Shown here: in pieces, positions 1 through 9,712 of the stretch
Numbering within the stretch: the stretch's first letter is position 1
How the letters are laid out: each line of letters opens with the position of its first letter
Origin: an uncultured Desulfurococcales archaeon
GTDB taxonomy: Archaea > Thermoproteota > Thermoprotei_A > Sulfolobales > CAZCAU01
Assembly: GCA_964496855.1 (NCBI GenBank)
Contig: CAZCAU010000002.1
Coordinates: forward strand, 4,122 to 68,121
Length of the DNA: 64,000 nucleotides
Reading direction: 5' to 3'
The notes under the pieces: model-generated
What the model saw: the letters and a program-made list of their open reading frames with translations, nothing else
Told to the model about the DNA's origin: nothing
Databases searched by the model: none
Translations under genes and position numbers: made by a program

Positions 1-1572
1 GCTCTTATCACAGAAGATTCTGGCATCATACCCATAGATACCCTACGATTTTATCAAGACGCTACACTAGCTGCAAAGCCTCTGAAGAATACAACACTTA
101 TCCTCAAAGGATTCTTCCACGGCGGTCTAAGAATAACTCTCAATAATGAAGGCAACGGATACATGATTAGAGACGAGAACGTAGTTAAAAGAGTGCTTAA
201 CTGGTTATTTAGCAGAAACCAATACGCGCGACTAGTTATGTATGCATTATATCCTACACAATATACTGGTTTTATAGAAAAAGGATACCCTTATACGCTT
301 AACATTGAAAAAGCAAGTATAGAAAGATACTCTTCGGAAACGAAAAAACAGTACGTATTCAAATACTCTGAGAGCCTTACAACAATGCTTGCATATGCGG
401 ATAAGTATAGGTATAAGATTCTAAGCTTACCAATACTTGATGACGAGGTGTCAATTATCAATATAACTATAACTCTTAAAACATACACAAGTGTACGCGC
501 AACTTCTTTCAAAATAAGCTTTGAGACCAACAGTGGCTACGTAGTATTCTACGAATCTAGTTATATCCGTCCTCTGAGAATACGCATATTAGAGTATTTT
601 GAAAACAAGACCGCAGTAGCTGAGGCATATGATACTAGTGGCACGATTCTACAATACGCAAGTTACAACAGTATTCTAAAAAGCATCAAGATAGAAACAT
701 ACTATCCTGTTTATACCGTGTACCTAGATATATTAAAAGAAGAATTTATTTCTGGTAATGCCTACCTGAACCTCTCTTCTTTACCTATAAAGCTAGTAGG
801 TGTAAAGATAAATAATTCAATAACTTGGTTTAACTCTTCATCAACTCTCTCCTATATTGGTAAGGGTAGTCTACTAAATTTTGGTAACAATAGAATCTAC
901 TATGTAATCAATATACCCAGCGGCTCTACGCCTATGACTATATTATTCCCACAAATAGTGAGGATCAAAACAGATCTTTCTACACATACTTTTATGCTAT
1001 TAGAAGAAGGAGCCGAGTATATCACGAGACCATACTATGGAGGCATAATGTTTGCTCGAAGCACTGATCCTAGTGACATGATAAGTTTAAACGGTTTTAA
1101 TACGAGTGTACAAGTTATACAAAATAGTAATGCTTGTTTTTACGAAGTGTACTTATCTAATAAACTCGTAGTTGAAGGCCTTCCTCCCGGTGCTGTAGTA
1201 AAGATGAATTCTTCAGATGTAGACATTGCTGAGATTGTTGATGCCTCTGGAGAGGTCAACATCTCAATAGGCTACTCTGTGCCCGATTCATTAGAGATAA
1301 TAATCCCAAACGCGGTGGCGTTCAGTAATAATAGTGTAGAATACTATGATGTTATTAGAGAAGAGAATTGGTTTGGCTACAGACTAGTAGTTAAAAGTGT
1401 TATAGGCCCCTCATGCCTATACATCCCGATAGATAAAGAACCAGCAAATGTAAGTGTAGATAACGCTATGATAAATAATTACGATATACTAGTCTATAGT
1501 AGTTCCAGGGTTTTAAGACTATGTCTAGGCAACGGCGTCCATGACGTTGTGCTATTATTCTTGAAGTCTTAG
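1..1572 (+). CDS. Large extracellular/surface protein, 3' part only (5' end lies left of the window; longer copy at 62059..64000)
   Basis: Frame 1 is open from base 1 to TAG 1570-1572 (523 codons). The translation is identical to the C-terminal part of the mirror ORF. It has many N-x-S/T sequons (NIT, NKT, NLS, NSS, NTS, NVS) and no catalytic motif that I recognise. Confidence 0.6.
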   Translation, partial: ALITEDSGIIPIDTLRFYQDATLAAKPLKNTTLILKGFFHGGLRITLNNEGNGYMIRDENVVKRVLNWLFSRNQYARLVMYALYPTQYTGFIEKGYPYTLNIEKASIERYSSETKKQYVFKYSESLTTMLAYADKYRYKILSLPILDDEVSIINITITLKTYTSVRATSFKISFETNSGYVVFYESSYIRPLRIRILEYFENKTAVAEAYDTSGTILQYASYNSILKSIKIETYYPVYTVYLDILKEEFISGNAYLNLSSLPIKLVGVKINNSITWFNSSSTLSYIGKGSLLNFGNNRIYYVINIPSGSTPMTILFPQIVRIKTDLSTHTFMLLEEGAEYITRPYYGGIMFARSTDPSDMISLNGFNTSVQVIQNSNACFYEVYLSNKLVVEGLPPGAVVKMNSSDVDIAEIVDASGEVNISIGYSVPDSLEIIIPNAVAFSNNSVEYYDVIREENWFGYRLVVKSVIGPSCLYIPIDKEPANVSVDNAMINNYDILVYSSSRVLRLCLGNGVHDVVLLFLKS

Positions 1573-1609
1573 CATGGGGTGATCAGTTTAAAACCCCTAT
1601 AATAGGATA

Positions 1610-1885
1610 GTGGGGGATAAGAAGATGAATATAGTGAATTTTGTTCACGATTTGACAATGAAAATAGTGTCCCTATCTTGGAGCCTATTCTTATTAACAT
1701 GGAGCCTAGGCTGGGCTCTGAGAGGATCACCAGTACCATTTCTCAGACTTAAGAGAACAGGGCAGGACTTAATAGAAGACTCTGTATGGGCAGCATTCTG
1801 GTTAGCCATGGGTTCAACGATATTCGCCATAGTCTCTTATCTTGCCGCACAATTCGCTTTTGAGGCCCCTCCTCCACCATCATAG
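1610..1885 (+). CDS. Small two-TM membrane protein (VirB2/CedA1-like topology; function inferred from topology and context only)
   Basis: 91 aa. Two hydrophobic helices (IVSLSWSLFLLTWSLGWAL and VWAAFWLAMGSTIFAIVSYLAAQF) are separated by a basic loop, RLKRTGQD, and the C-terminus is PPPPS. It sits between the surface protein and the polytopic membrane protein on the same strand. Confidence 0.55.
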   Translation: MGDKKMNIVNFVHDLTMKIVSLSWSLFLLTWSLGWALRGSPVPFLRLKRTGQDLIEDSVWAAFWLAMGSTIFAIVSYLAAQFAFEAPPPPS

Positions 1886-1912
1886 CCCGGTTAGCACACT
1901 AGGTGCGGTACC

Positions 1913-3343
1913 TTGGACGACGTCTTATTAATGGCATACGCTTTTTCCCTACTAACGTATTATCTAGGCGTATTCATGTACTCATTACCTATCCCGATTT
2001 ATGGTGTAAAGAAATGGGCTCCAATACTTCTAAGAGACGGTATTTACTCGCTCATACTCGTATTATCGTATCACACTATTGTATCCATAATGTACTATCT
2101 CTATAGCATGCTGGGTCATGACTGGGCTTCTCTGACATCTTGGCTTCTAGAGAGGCTAGCCTTTCTAATAAATCTGAAACTATTGGTAGCAACAGTAAGT
2201 GTTGCCTCAAGTAGCGTAGGTGTACGGTCATTTATAGATGTATTTGTATCCCCAATATCACATTTGTTATCATACATAATAGTTGCTTTTCAAGCATTCT
2301 ATCTTTTATCAAAAATAATACAACTATACCATTTGAAAATACTATTACTTGGAATATTGTTATTTGCCATACCATTTAGACTTGCACGATGGGCTGGTGC
2401 CTTCTTTATAGCTTTCGCACTTGTATTCTTTGTGGGCATGCCGTCACTGCCATTGTTCGTAAGCACTTTTTCTCCCTCTAATATTGATACAATACCATAT
2501 TCACTTCAAGAAGAAGAGCACATCGTATTCTTTGAGGGGCGGGTCGTCAATAGGTATGGAGAACCACTAAGAGGTGGTCAGCTAGTTTTTACAGATAAGG
2601 AGGGCAGAGAACTAGCATCATACATTATAGATCTAGACGGCACTGTTAAAGCTCTACCCCCTGAAGGAGGTATCCCTCTTAATAGAGAAGTGGATTCATA
2701 CATTATAGTAGATGGTATAAAGCTTCAAACACTCATAAGACCCTCGTTATCGTCTCTGGGAGGAAGAGCGCAATACACCACTAGTATTGTCAAACTAACT
2801 TTCACAGCAGTAGATGTTGTGTGGAGTCCTAAACCATATACGGTTATTGTACTAGAGAATAAGTGTGCGGAAACACACGTGAATACCCAGGCTCCAAGCA
2901 TCTTTAATGCGTCAATACACCCTACTATCAGTTGCCCGCTCCTAATCGCTTATCCAGAAAATTCTTTGGTAAAAGTACACATGTATATGAACAAGACTGT
3001 AGTCACGCCTGTTCTTAACACTACTAGCACTTGGGGAGGCCAGGAATTCAGAGTAATAAAGTTCGTGTTAAAAAGTAACGAGAGTTATTACTTGCATGTA
3101 AGCATTAGCAAGTATCCTAGAGAACTAGACGTTCAAGTGCCTAGTAAAGGCTACATGGAGAAATATCTCGGAGGAGCACTGGATCTCCGTAGACTAGACA
3201 TCATATTAGCTAACTTCCTAGTATCATGGATTATACTCCCCATCTCTTACTATATATTATTGATAAGCATTACTACATCACTTGCATACGTTATAGCGGG
3301 TGCTAGAGAGAGAATACCTATACCACTCAGAGTATACTGGTGA
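1913..3343 (+). CDS. Polytopic membrane protein with a large non-membrane domain (candidate CedA/VirB6-like channel subunit)
   Basis: 476 aa. The TTG start at 1913 is preceded by AGGTG (1901-1905). The N-terminal ~190 aa contain about 6 hydrophobic helices, followed by a ~240-aa hydrophilic beta-rich domain and a C-terminal hydrophobic anchor (ILANFLVSWIILPISYYILLISITTSLAYVIAG). It ends 6 nt before the ATPase gene. Confidence 0.7.
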   Translation: MDDVLLMAYAFSLLTYYLGVFMYSLPIPIYGVKKWAPILLRDGIYSLILVLSYHTIVSIMYYLYSMLGHDWASLTSWLLERLAFLINLKLLVATVSVASSSVGVRSFIDVFVSPISHLLSYIIVAFQAFYLLSKIIQLYHLKILLLGILLFAIPFRLARWAGAFFIAFALVFFVGMPSLPLFVSTFSPSNIDTIPYSLQEEEHIVFFEGRVVNRYGEPLRGGQLVFTDKEGRELASYIIDLDGTVKALPPEGGIPLNREVDSYIIVDGIKLQTLIRPSLSSLGGRAQYTTSIVKLTFTAVDVVWSPKPYTVIVLENKCAETHVNTQAPSIFNASIHPTISCPLLIAYPENSLVKVHMYMNKTVVTPVLNTTSTWGGQEFRVIKFVLKSNESYYLHVSISKYPRELDVQVPSKGYMEKYLGGALDLRRLDIILANFLVSWIILPISYYILLISITTSLAYVIAGARERIPIPLRVYW

Positions 3344-3349
3344 GGAAAA

Positions 3350-4924
3350 GTGCTCGACATATTATTAATAGCTATACTTAGTGGTGCAGGGTTAGCATGG
3401 ATTTACAGAAACACTGTTAATTCGAACATCTCGAAAATACTCACAGTAAATACGCGTCACAAGAAAAGTCTGGATAAAGTGACAGTATTTGTGAAAAAAC
3501 ATAGCGGTCAGAGATATATCTTGTGCAATAACGAAGGGAGCTCTAAAGTTTATGCGGCAGGACTACTAATAGTACCGCTATACGAAAGCATACTTGATAC
3601 AAATATACATGACCTACAAGCCAAGCTTACAGGATTTTATAAGATGCTTAGCGAAATTGATGCAGAAGTCGAGCTCCGATTATTTATGACTAAAGTTACT
3701 GCTAGGGACTTCATAAAGAAGATTGGTAACGAATTGCAAAAACTCTCATTATATGAGTACGACAAGGACCTGCCTGGGATTAGGGCAAAGCAGGAGTATA
3801 GAGTTCTCCACGACATCTATACAAAGATAATGTACGAGAAAAGAGTACCGTTTATATCATATGTACTAATATTAAGACGCAAAGCTAATAACAACAGCGA
3901 TGCAGAAAGACTACTCGCAGAGCTAAATCTTGTAAAAGCGTATTTTGATGTAAATAAGAACATAGAGACAAGAATACTCACCGTAGCAGAATTAGATGCG
4001 TTAGGCGTATGTTCCAATAGTCCTGATAGATACTCCATTATGGTTAAACCAGTTTCTCTAATACCGTATCCACTACAATATGCCAGAATCAACCCTATCG
4101 ATGATCTCAACGTCTACTTAGGCTACGATTTAGATACGGGATACCCTGTCTATATACCATTAGCTAAAATGACTGAGAAACACCACTTAGTGATAGGACC
4201 TACGGGTTCCGGCAAGACAACATATCTGGCAACACTCCTGCTAAGAAGCATTGAGCAGAGAGAATTCTTTAACACCTTCCGGTTAAGTGTATGTATTGAT
4301 CCTAAGGGAGATTTTGTAGAGATGATAAAAAAGTATAGTAGCAAGTTAGGAGACGATTCCCTGGCTCTAAGATGCAATATTACAGACTCTATAAGTGAGG
4401 AGGGGAAAAACCAGAGTCTTGTAGAAGCCATAATCAATGATTGCATAGAAAGGTATAATGCTTCAACAAGGAATCTTGTTGTGTACGACATCTCAGAACT
4501 CAGTGACACCTATAAGAACAATGTGCTAGACCTTATACTAAAACACATATACGAAGAAGCACCAGAGATCCTCGGGGGTAAAAGACTCCTACTAATAATT
4601 GATGAGGGCTGGAGAGTTTTAGAATCTAAGAGCTATTATTTTAAGAGAATGGTTAGAGAAGGACGTAGTTTAGGAATAAACCTTGTGCTAGCAACTCAGT
4701 CCCCAGAGGACATTCCCTTAGGAGTAGCGGTTAACATGCACTCCTACGGTATTTTCGGGTCCTCTAATATAGAGTATCTAGAGGCTGTGAAAGAATTACT
4801 AGGATTAGGCGATAAATACCTAGAAAAACTTTCTACTATGAGCGTAGGCGAATTCTTGTTAAGAATCCCTGGTAGACAGGCTCCTGTGCCCTTGAGAATA
4901 ATTCCTATAACAACTCTTTCGTGA
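3350..4924 (+). CDS. Membrane-anchored VirB4/CedB-like (HerA-FtsK clade) P-loop ATPase
   Basis: 524 aa with a GTG start. It has an N-terminal TM helix (LDILLIAILSGAGLAWIY), Walker A HHLVIGPTGSGKTT, Walker B RLLLIIDEGWRVL, and GINLVLATQSPEDI. The DE[AG]W plus ATQ-x-P-x-D layout is typical of conjugation/DNA-transfer ATPases. Confidence 0.75.
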   Translation: MLDILLIAILSGAGLAWIYRNTVNSNISKILTVNTRHKKSLDKVTVFVKKHSGQRYILCNNEGSSKVYAAGLLIVPLYESILDTNIHDLQAKLTGFYKMLSEIDAEVELRLFMTKVTARDFIKKIGNELQKLSLYEYDKDLPGIRAKQEYRVLHDIYTKIMYEKRVPFISYVLILRRKANNNSDAERLLAELNLVKAYFDVNKNIETRILTVAELDALGVCSNSPDRYSIMVKPVSLIPYPLQYARINPIDDLNVYLGYDLDTGYPVYIPLAKMTEKHHLVIGPTGSGKTTYLATLLLRSIEQREFFNTFRLSVCIDPKGDFVEMIKKYSSKLGDDSLALRCNITDSISEEGKNQSLVEAIINDCIERYNASTRNLVVYDISELSDTYKNNVLDLILKHIYEEAPEILGGKRLLLIIDEGWRVLESKSYYFKRMVREGRSLGINLVLATQSPEDIPLGVAVNMHSYGIFGSSNIEYLEAVKELLGLGDKYLEKLSTMSVGEFLLRIPGRQAPVPLRIIPITTLS

Positions 4925-5027
4925 AACGCCTCTTGGCAGGTAAAAAGGTATATTAAGTCCTTAGTGATACTAACAGTAGGCAGAATTACCTAGTAATCAT
5001 TCACTATAGAATACAGGTGTAGCAGGG

Positions 5028-5744
5028 TTGGGTAAGCGGATATTAGTACAGAGAATGGGCAGAGGCTCTCCGACATTTAGATCACCTACTAAGGGTAGGA
5101 AAGGTCCTGCCAAGTATCCACCCTATCTTGAGGGCACACATAAGGGTATAGTGAAAGCTTTAGTTCACGACTCGGGAAGGTATATGCCTTTAGCAGTTAT
5201 ACAGTTAGATAATGGTATAGAATTTAAGATACTGTCGGCAGAGGGCATGTATGTTGGCCAGGTAGTAGAAATTGGCGCTGAAGCTTCTATCAAGAATGGC
5301 AACATACTACCCCTAGGAAGCATACCTGAGGGTACACAGATATTTAACATAGAGCTAAGGCCGGGTGACGGTGGAAAACTCGCGAGACAGCCCGGCTCTT
5401 ATGCAATGTTGATAGGAAGAGCTGGCGATAAGAGCATAGTTCAGTTGCCCAGTGGTAAGAAGAAAGAGATAGACAATAGGTGCAGAGCAACTATAGGCGT
5501 ACCAGCAGGTGGCGGAAGAATAGAAAAACCATTACTCAAGGCGGGAGCAGCATATCACAAGTGGTCTAAGAAGGCAAGAAAATGGCCTAGAGTACGTGGT
5601 GTAGCGATGAACGCAGTCTCTCACCCCCATGGTGGTGGCAGTCATCAATCAGAGTCGTTCCCGACAACAGTTGCTAGAGAGACCCCACCTGGCAGAAAAG
5701 TAGGACATATAGCAGCTAGGAGAACAGGGCGTAGAAAGCGCTAG
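5028..5744 (+). CDS. rpl2: 50S ribosomal protein uL2 (L2/L8e)
   Basis: 238 aa. The TTG start is preceded by AGGTG (5015-5019). N-terminus MGKRILVQRMGRGS and GVAMNAVSHPHGGG are uL2 hallmarks. Confidence 0.95.
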   Translation: MGKRILVQRMGRGSPTFRSPTKGRKGPAKYPPYLEGTHKGIVKALVHDSGRYMPLAVIQLDNGIEFKILSAEGMYVGQVVEIGAEASIKNGNILPLGSIPEGTQIFNIELRPGDGGKLARQPGSYAMLIGRAGDKSIVQLPSGKKKEIDNRCRATIGVPAGGGRIEKPLLKAGAAYHKWSKKARKWPRVRGVAMNAVSHPHGGGSHQSESFPTTVARETPPGRKVGHIAARRTGRRKR

Positions 5745-5923
5745 TCAGCTACGACCGCATTCATCATGAGTGTAAGTGCAGCATCTTATAAGCCCGCCTT
5801 TCATCACCCTTCTATAGATAATGCTTATTTAAGGGGGCTAAATTAATTAATCCCTGCACTAGACAGAGATAACGCGTTAGAGTAATGATATACAGGTGTC
5901 TCTAGAGAAAGTGGTGTAAGCAC

Positions 5924-6943
5924 ATGGGTGCTAGGAAAAAACACGCACCACGACGCGGAAGCCTGGGTGTAAGACCTAGGAAGAGAGCATCAGATATACT
6001 ACCCAGGGTTAAAAGCTGGCCCGAAATAGACCCTAGTCAAGGCCCTCTTCTACTAGCTTTCATAGGTTACAAAGCTGGGATGACTCACGCTCTCATAATA
6101 GATGATAGAGAAAATTCTCTCACAGCTGGAAGAGAGATATTTGCACCTATAACCGTAATTGAGACTCCACCTATAATACCACTAGCTATCAGAGCATACA
6201 GATACAAGTACGGATACGGGTTACTCACGTTCACAGAGGCGTGGATTGACCCGCCTAGAGAACTCGAGATTGAGAGGGCAATAAGCACGTTCTCGGCAGG
6301 AGACTTTGATAAAAGGATAGATAGGATAAAAGAGAATCTTGACAAGATAGCTGACATAAGGGTAATCATTGCTTCGCAACCGAAGAAAGCAGGCGGGTTA
6401 GAAAAAAAGAAGCCGGACTTGTTAGAAGTAAAAATTGGCGGTAGCTCAATAGAAGACAGGCTTAATTATGCTCTAGGAATCATAGGTAAGGAGGTTACCA
6501 TAGACCAGGTATTCAGACCAGGCCAGTTCATTGATGTTATAGGCGTTACTAAAGGCAAAGGGTTTGGAAGTGTTATAAAGCGTTTTGGAGTAAAAGAGCT
6601 GCCCAGATGGCATAAGCATAGGAAAGGAAGTAGAAAAATAGGAGCTAGAAGCCCAGGCATAGGAACCGTAAGCGAGGCTCCTCAGCCAGGCCAGCTGGGC
6701 TATCATAGAAGAACAGAGTATAACAAGAGAATAATATTAATGGGGAGTGATGGCTATACGATCACACCTTCTGGAGGCTTCCCCCATTACGGCATAGTAA
6801 GATCACACTTTATAGGCGTTCTAGGCTCTGTAATGGGTCCACCTAAGAGACCCCTAGTATTAAGACACCCTATTAGACCACCAGAGTGGAGACCCACTAG
6901 TGCTCCGGAAATAGTGTATCTGAGTTTAACAAGTAAACAATAA
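5924..6943 (+). CDS. rpl3: 50S ribosomal protein uL3
   Basis: 339 aa. N-terminus MGARKKHAPRRGSLGVRPRKRA and the FIGYKAGMTH block identify it. Confidence 0.95.
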   Translation: MGARKKHAPRRGSLGVRPRKRASDILPRVKSWPEIDPSQGPLLLAFIGYKAGMTHALIIDDRENSLTAGREIFAPITVIETPPIIPLAIRAYRYKYGYGLLTFTEAWIDPPRELEIERAISTFSAGDFDKRIDRIKENLDKIADIRVIIASQPKKAGGLEKKKPDLLEVKIGGSSIEDRLNYALGIIGKEVTIDQVFRPGQFIDVIGVTKGKGFGSVIKRFGVKELPRWHKHRKGSRKIGARSPGIGTVSEAPQPGQLGYHRRTEYNKRIILMGSDGYTITPSGGFPHYGIVRSHFIGVLGSVMGPPKRPLVLRHPIRPPEWRPTSAPEIVYLSLTSKQ

Positions 6944-6958
6944 TGAGGTGTATGAAGA

Positions 6959-7786
6959 ATGCCTGTCTTATATACTTACCTGCAACTATATTGCAAGGAG
7001 CCTCCTGAAGTCCCAGTGTACGATGCACATGGAGAGATAGTTAAGAAGATGAAACTGCCATGGTTCTTCGGATTCCCGATAAGAAAGGATCTTATAAGGA
7101 GAGCGTTTCTCGCAGCCTTTACATCGAGAATACAGCCTCAAGGAAGAGACCCCCATGCAGGTAAGCGGACTACTGCACGAAGCTTTGGGGTAGGATTAGG
7201 AATAGCTAGAGTACCTAGAATACCGGGTATAGGCAGAGCAGCGTTTATAAACTCTGCTGTGGGGGGCATGGCTGCACACCCGCCGCGAGTGGAGAAGCGT
7301 ACTAAAGAAGAGATAAACAAGAAAGAAAAGAGAATAGCTCTTCTAAGTGCTCTTGCTTCTACATCTATACCAGAAATGGTTCGAGCCCGTGGTCATAGGT
7401 TCTCGGTAGAGCACCTACCAGTTATACTGAGTAACGGCGTTGAGGATGACATACTATACACTACTAATGCTCGCGAGCTCCTCAAAAAGATAGGATTATG
7501 GGAGGATGTTGAGAGGTCCAAGAAGGGAACCCGTATAAGGGCAGGGAAAGGTAAAATGCGGGGGAGACGTTACAAGGAGCCTAAAAGCATACTATTCATA
7601 CTAAGTGACGCATCATCTAATCTTGCACTGGCTGTTAGGAACTTACCGGGAGTAGATATAATGACTCCTAAGACACTCAACATACTACTTCTAGCACCCG
7701 GCGGCGTACCTGGCAGACTAACCGTAATTACCGAGAATGCTCTTGAAATGCTTACAAAAATGTTTAGCGAGGGAGCGTCGCCTTGA
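6959..7786 (+). CDS. rpl4: 50S ribosomal protein uL4 (L4/L1e)
   Basis: 275 aa with blocks [30 protein letters not shown] and [12 protein letters not shown]. Confidence 0.95.
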   Translation: MPVLYTYLQLYCKEPPEVPVYDAHGEIVKKMKLPWFFGFPIRKDLIRRAFLAAFTSRIQPQGRDPHAGKRTTARSFGVGLGIARVPRIPGIGRAAFINSAVGGMAAHPPRVEKRTKEEINKKEKRIALLSALASTSIPEMVRARGHRFSVEHLPVILSNGVEDDILYTTNARELLKKIGLWEDVERSKKGTRIRAGKGKMRGRRYKEPKSILFILSDASSNLALAVRNLPGVDIMTPKTLNILLLAPGGVPGRLTVITENALEMLTKMFSEGASP

Positions 7787-8052
7787 CAGGAGTTGATCCT
7801 TTCAAAATACTTCTAAGACCATTACACACCGAAAAAGCCATACTAATGATAGAGAGGGAAAACACACTAACATTCATAGTTGATAGAAGGGCTACAAAGA
7901 AACAGATTAAAGAAGCTGTTGAACAGTATTTTAAGGTCAAGGTGGAAAAAGTACGTACACTCATAACTCCTCGTGGCGAGAAAAAAGCATACATAAAGCT
8001 AGCAGAAGGCTATAATGCGTCGGAGATCGCTACAAGACTAGGTATAGTGTAA
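7783..8052 (+). CDS. rpl23: 50S ribosomal protein uL23
   Basis: 89 aa. The TTG start overlaps the rpl4 stop (TTGA at 7783-7786). Block [27 protein letters not shown]. Confidence 0.93.
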   Translation: MTGVDPFKILLRPLHTEKAILMIERENTLTFIVDRRATKKQIKEAVEQYFKVKVEKVRTLITPRGEKKAYIKLAEGYNASEIATRLGIV

Positions 8053-8084
8053 AGCATACTAATTTCTTCTACTCGGACTATTCT

Positions 8085-8957
8085 CTATCCTGCCTTAACA
8101 CTTGTTATACTCAGTGCATAGTCTAGGATAGCTAGTGTTATTAGAATAGCTTCTTCGGTCCTAATGGTTTTTGTAAATTGATGATACACTACATTAACCA
8201 CATAGTCTGCTTTATTATCCAAATTAAGATTATGATATGAAGCTATCTCGTATAATCCCTCAAAGGGTCCGCCGAATAGCAGCAAAAGCTTCTTTTTACG
8301 ATTAACTGCCTCTTTAAGCTCCTCTATGATGTCTCTCACATATACACCTTTTCGACTAGTAGCTAAAATCACATAGTTCTTCTCATAGTCACTTATTAGA
8401 GATACTATATCCGGATAAACCTTAACTCTATAGCCTCGATAAATATTGTTACAAACGCTAGGATCTTTTACTATCTCTCCCAGAACTCTCTCCCTAGTTC
8501 TCACTATCTTTACTAAATGCAATCCTTCTCTAACTTTTTTATCAATATTAGGTTCATGCATCAGCTCTATCGGCTTCTCTAAACCAACATACGCGTAAAA
8601 CTTATTCTTCTTCCTAAAAACTAAGGCCTCTCTGCATTCTCCCTCCTCTAATTCGCTGGTTACAGTATGAGTTGGTATTTGTAGTGGATACAATGCACCA
8701 ACACTGCTTAGAGTATCTTTTTTCCCGTACACCATTTTCTTTAAGTATGGTGGTACAACAGCGTATCCGAGTACGTCGGCAACAAGCTCAAGAGAATCTT
8801 TACGTGTATACCTATCAGCGTATACAATTAGCTCGTCTACGCCAAAAATTACAGCGCTCCTCGCTATTAGTCCTAGTTTTAGAGTCTTCCTGAGAGGGCC
8901 TGGCTCAACCTCGACTATGCTTCCAGGAAAAGCTATTGCGATAGAATAAAAACTCAT
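8085..8957 (-). CDS. Putative SPOUT-superfamily RNA methyltransferase (COG2106/DUF171, SPOUT1-like)
   Basis: 290 aa, and the only real gene on the opposite strand of this arm. N-terminal SIAIAFPGSIV...LGLIARSAVIFGVDELIVY and C-terminal KTIRTEEAILITLAIL resemble the DUF171 family. AGGTGA lies 4 nt upstream of the ATG. The family assignment comes from motif recall, not a search. Confidence 0.6.
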   Translation of the reverse strand: MSFYSIAIAFPGSIVEVEPGPLRKTLKLGLIARSAVIFGVDELIVYADRYTRKDSLELVADVLGYAVVPPYLKKMVYGKKDTLSSVGALYPLQIPTHTVTSELEEGECREALVFRKKNKFYAYVGLEKPIELMHEPNIDKKVREGLHLVKIVRTRERVLGEIVKDPSVCNNIYRGYRVKVYPDIVSLISDYEKNYVILATSRKGVYVRDIIEELKEAVNRKKKLLLLFGGPFEGLYEIASYHNLNLDNKADYVVNVVYHQFTKTIRTEEAILITLAILDYALSITSVKAG

Positions 8958-8977
8958 ATCTTCACCTAGAACATGGA

Positions 8978-9005
8978 GTAGAGGAGGGTCGAAAAGCTCC
9001 TCTAC
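8978..9005 (-). promoter_or_regulatory. 9-10 bp perfect stem-loop directly upstream of the SPOUT-like gene's Shine-Dalgarno sequence
   Basis: GTAGAGGAG (8978-8986) pairs with CTCCTCTAC (8997-9005) around a 10-nt loop. It overlaps the stop codon of a 22-codon micro-ORF (9002..9070, minus strand). Mirror copy at 54626..54653. Confidence 0.3.
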
Positions 9006-9419
9006 TTTTTCTTCTTACCTTTCTTGCTAGTTTTTTCCTCTTCTTCTTTAGACTCTTTCCCTATACCCATGAATATTGTTGTTCTCTGTCTGCCACCCAC
9101 TACGTCTTCACCGGGTATACTAAGTTGCTAATCAAGCCAAAATAGTTTTACCATGCCGAGATAATAATATACTAATGGTTGCGTAGAGATAGTAAGCAGC
9201 TTTCTGGCCCAGTGAAGAATTTGCCGAGTACTGAGACAGAAAACGGTGATGATAACTAGTTGCTGAGGGATAATGATTTTGGTGTTATTCAAGCTTCTCT
9301 ACTCATCACAAAACAGCTACTTGTCAGCGTTTGCACCCTTCTTCATCCATATAGTCAGGTATAGATATTTTAATAAGGGTTACTTAAGACTTCTTCGTAG
9401 TGACAGCTGATATATTCTG

Positions 9420-9698
9420 GTGCTAGACGTTATGAGCAGAAAGAACACGGAGACTAAATACAGGGTGTATTTCACGTTATACGATGAAGAGTTATTTAAG
9501 AAAATCCTTAAAGAACTCGATAACACTCTTGACGTGAATATTATCATTCATAAGTCTATTTTCCCAGAATTTAGATATATTGAAATAATTCCCTCGCGAG
9601 GCAAAACTCATATTGATAAAAGTATTCTCTTCAATCTTCTTTCTAAGTATAGTGAAGAAGTATCTGGTCTTAGAATTGATGAGATAAAGATAGAGTAA
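9420..9698 (+). CDS. Hypothetical small protein upstream of ileS
   Basis: 92 aa from GTG 9420 (first ATG at 9432). It ends 15 nt before ileS on the same strand. I recognise no motif. Confidence 0.4.
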   Translation: MLDVMSRKNTETKYRVYFTLYDEELFKKILKELDNTLDVNIIIHKSIFPEFRYIEIIPSRGKTHIDKSILFNLLSKYSEEVSGLRIDEIKIE

Positions 9699-9712
9699 AG
9701 AGATGAATAGCC

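Noticed and set aside
1903-2106. A 67-aa ORF overlapping the 5' end of the 476-aa membrane-protein gene in another frame (mirror 61525..61728).
   Set aside because: It overlaps a much longer, coherent membrane-protein frame on the same strand. It has no SD and an arbitrary composition.
9246-9309. Box C/D sRNA-like motifs in the ORF-free gap. On the plus strand these are GTGATGA (9246-9252) and CTGA (9263-9266). On the minus strand (mirror plus strand, 54282..54342) they are GGATGA, CTGA, GTGATGA and TTGA.
   Set aside because: The spacings (15, 14 and 10 nt) deviate from the canonical 12-nt guide spacing. A proper terminal D box (CTGA) is missing on both strands. The two TGATGA elements are simply an inverted repeat of each other. 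This is not enough to call an sRNA.
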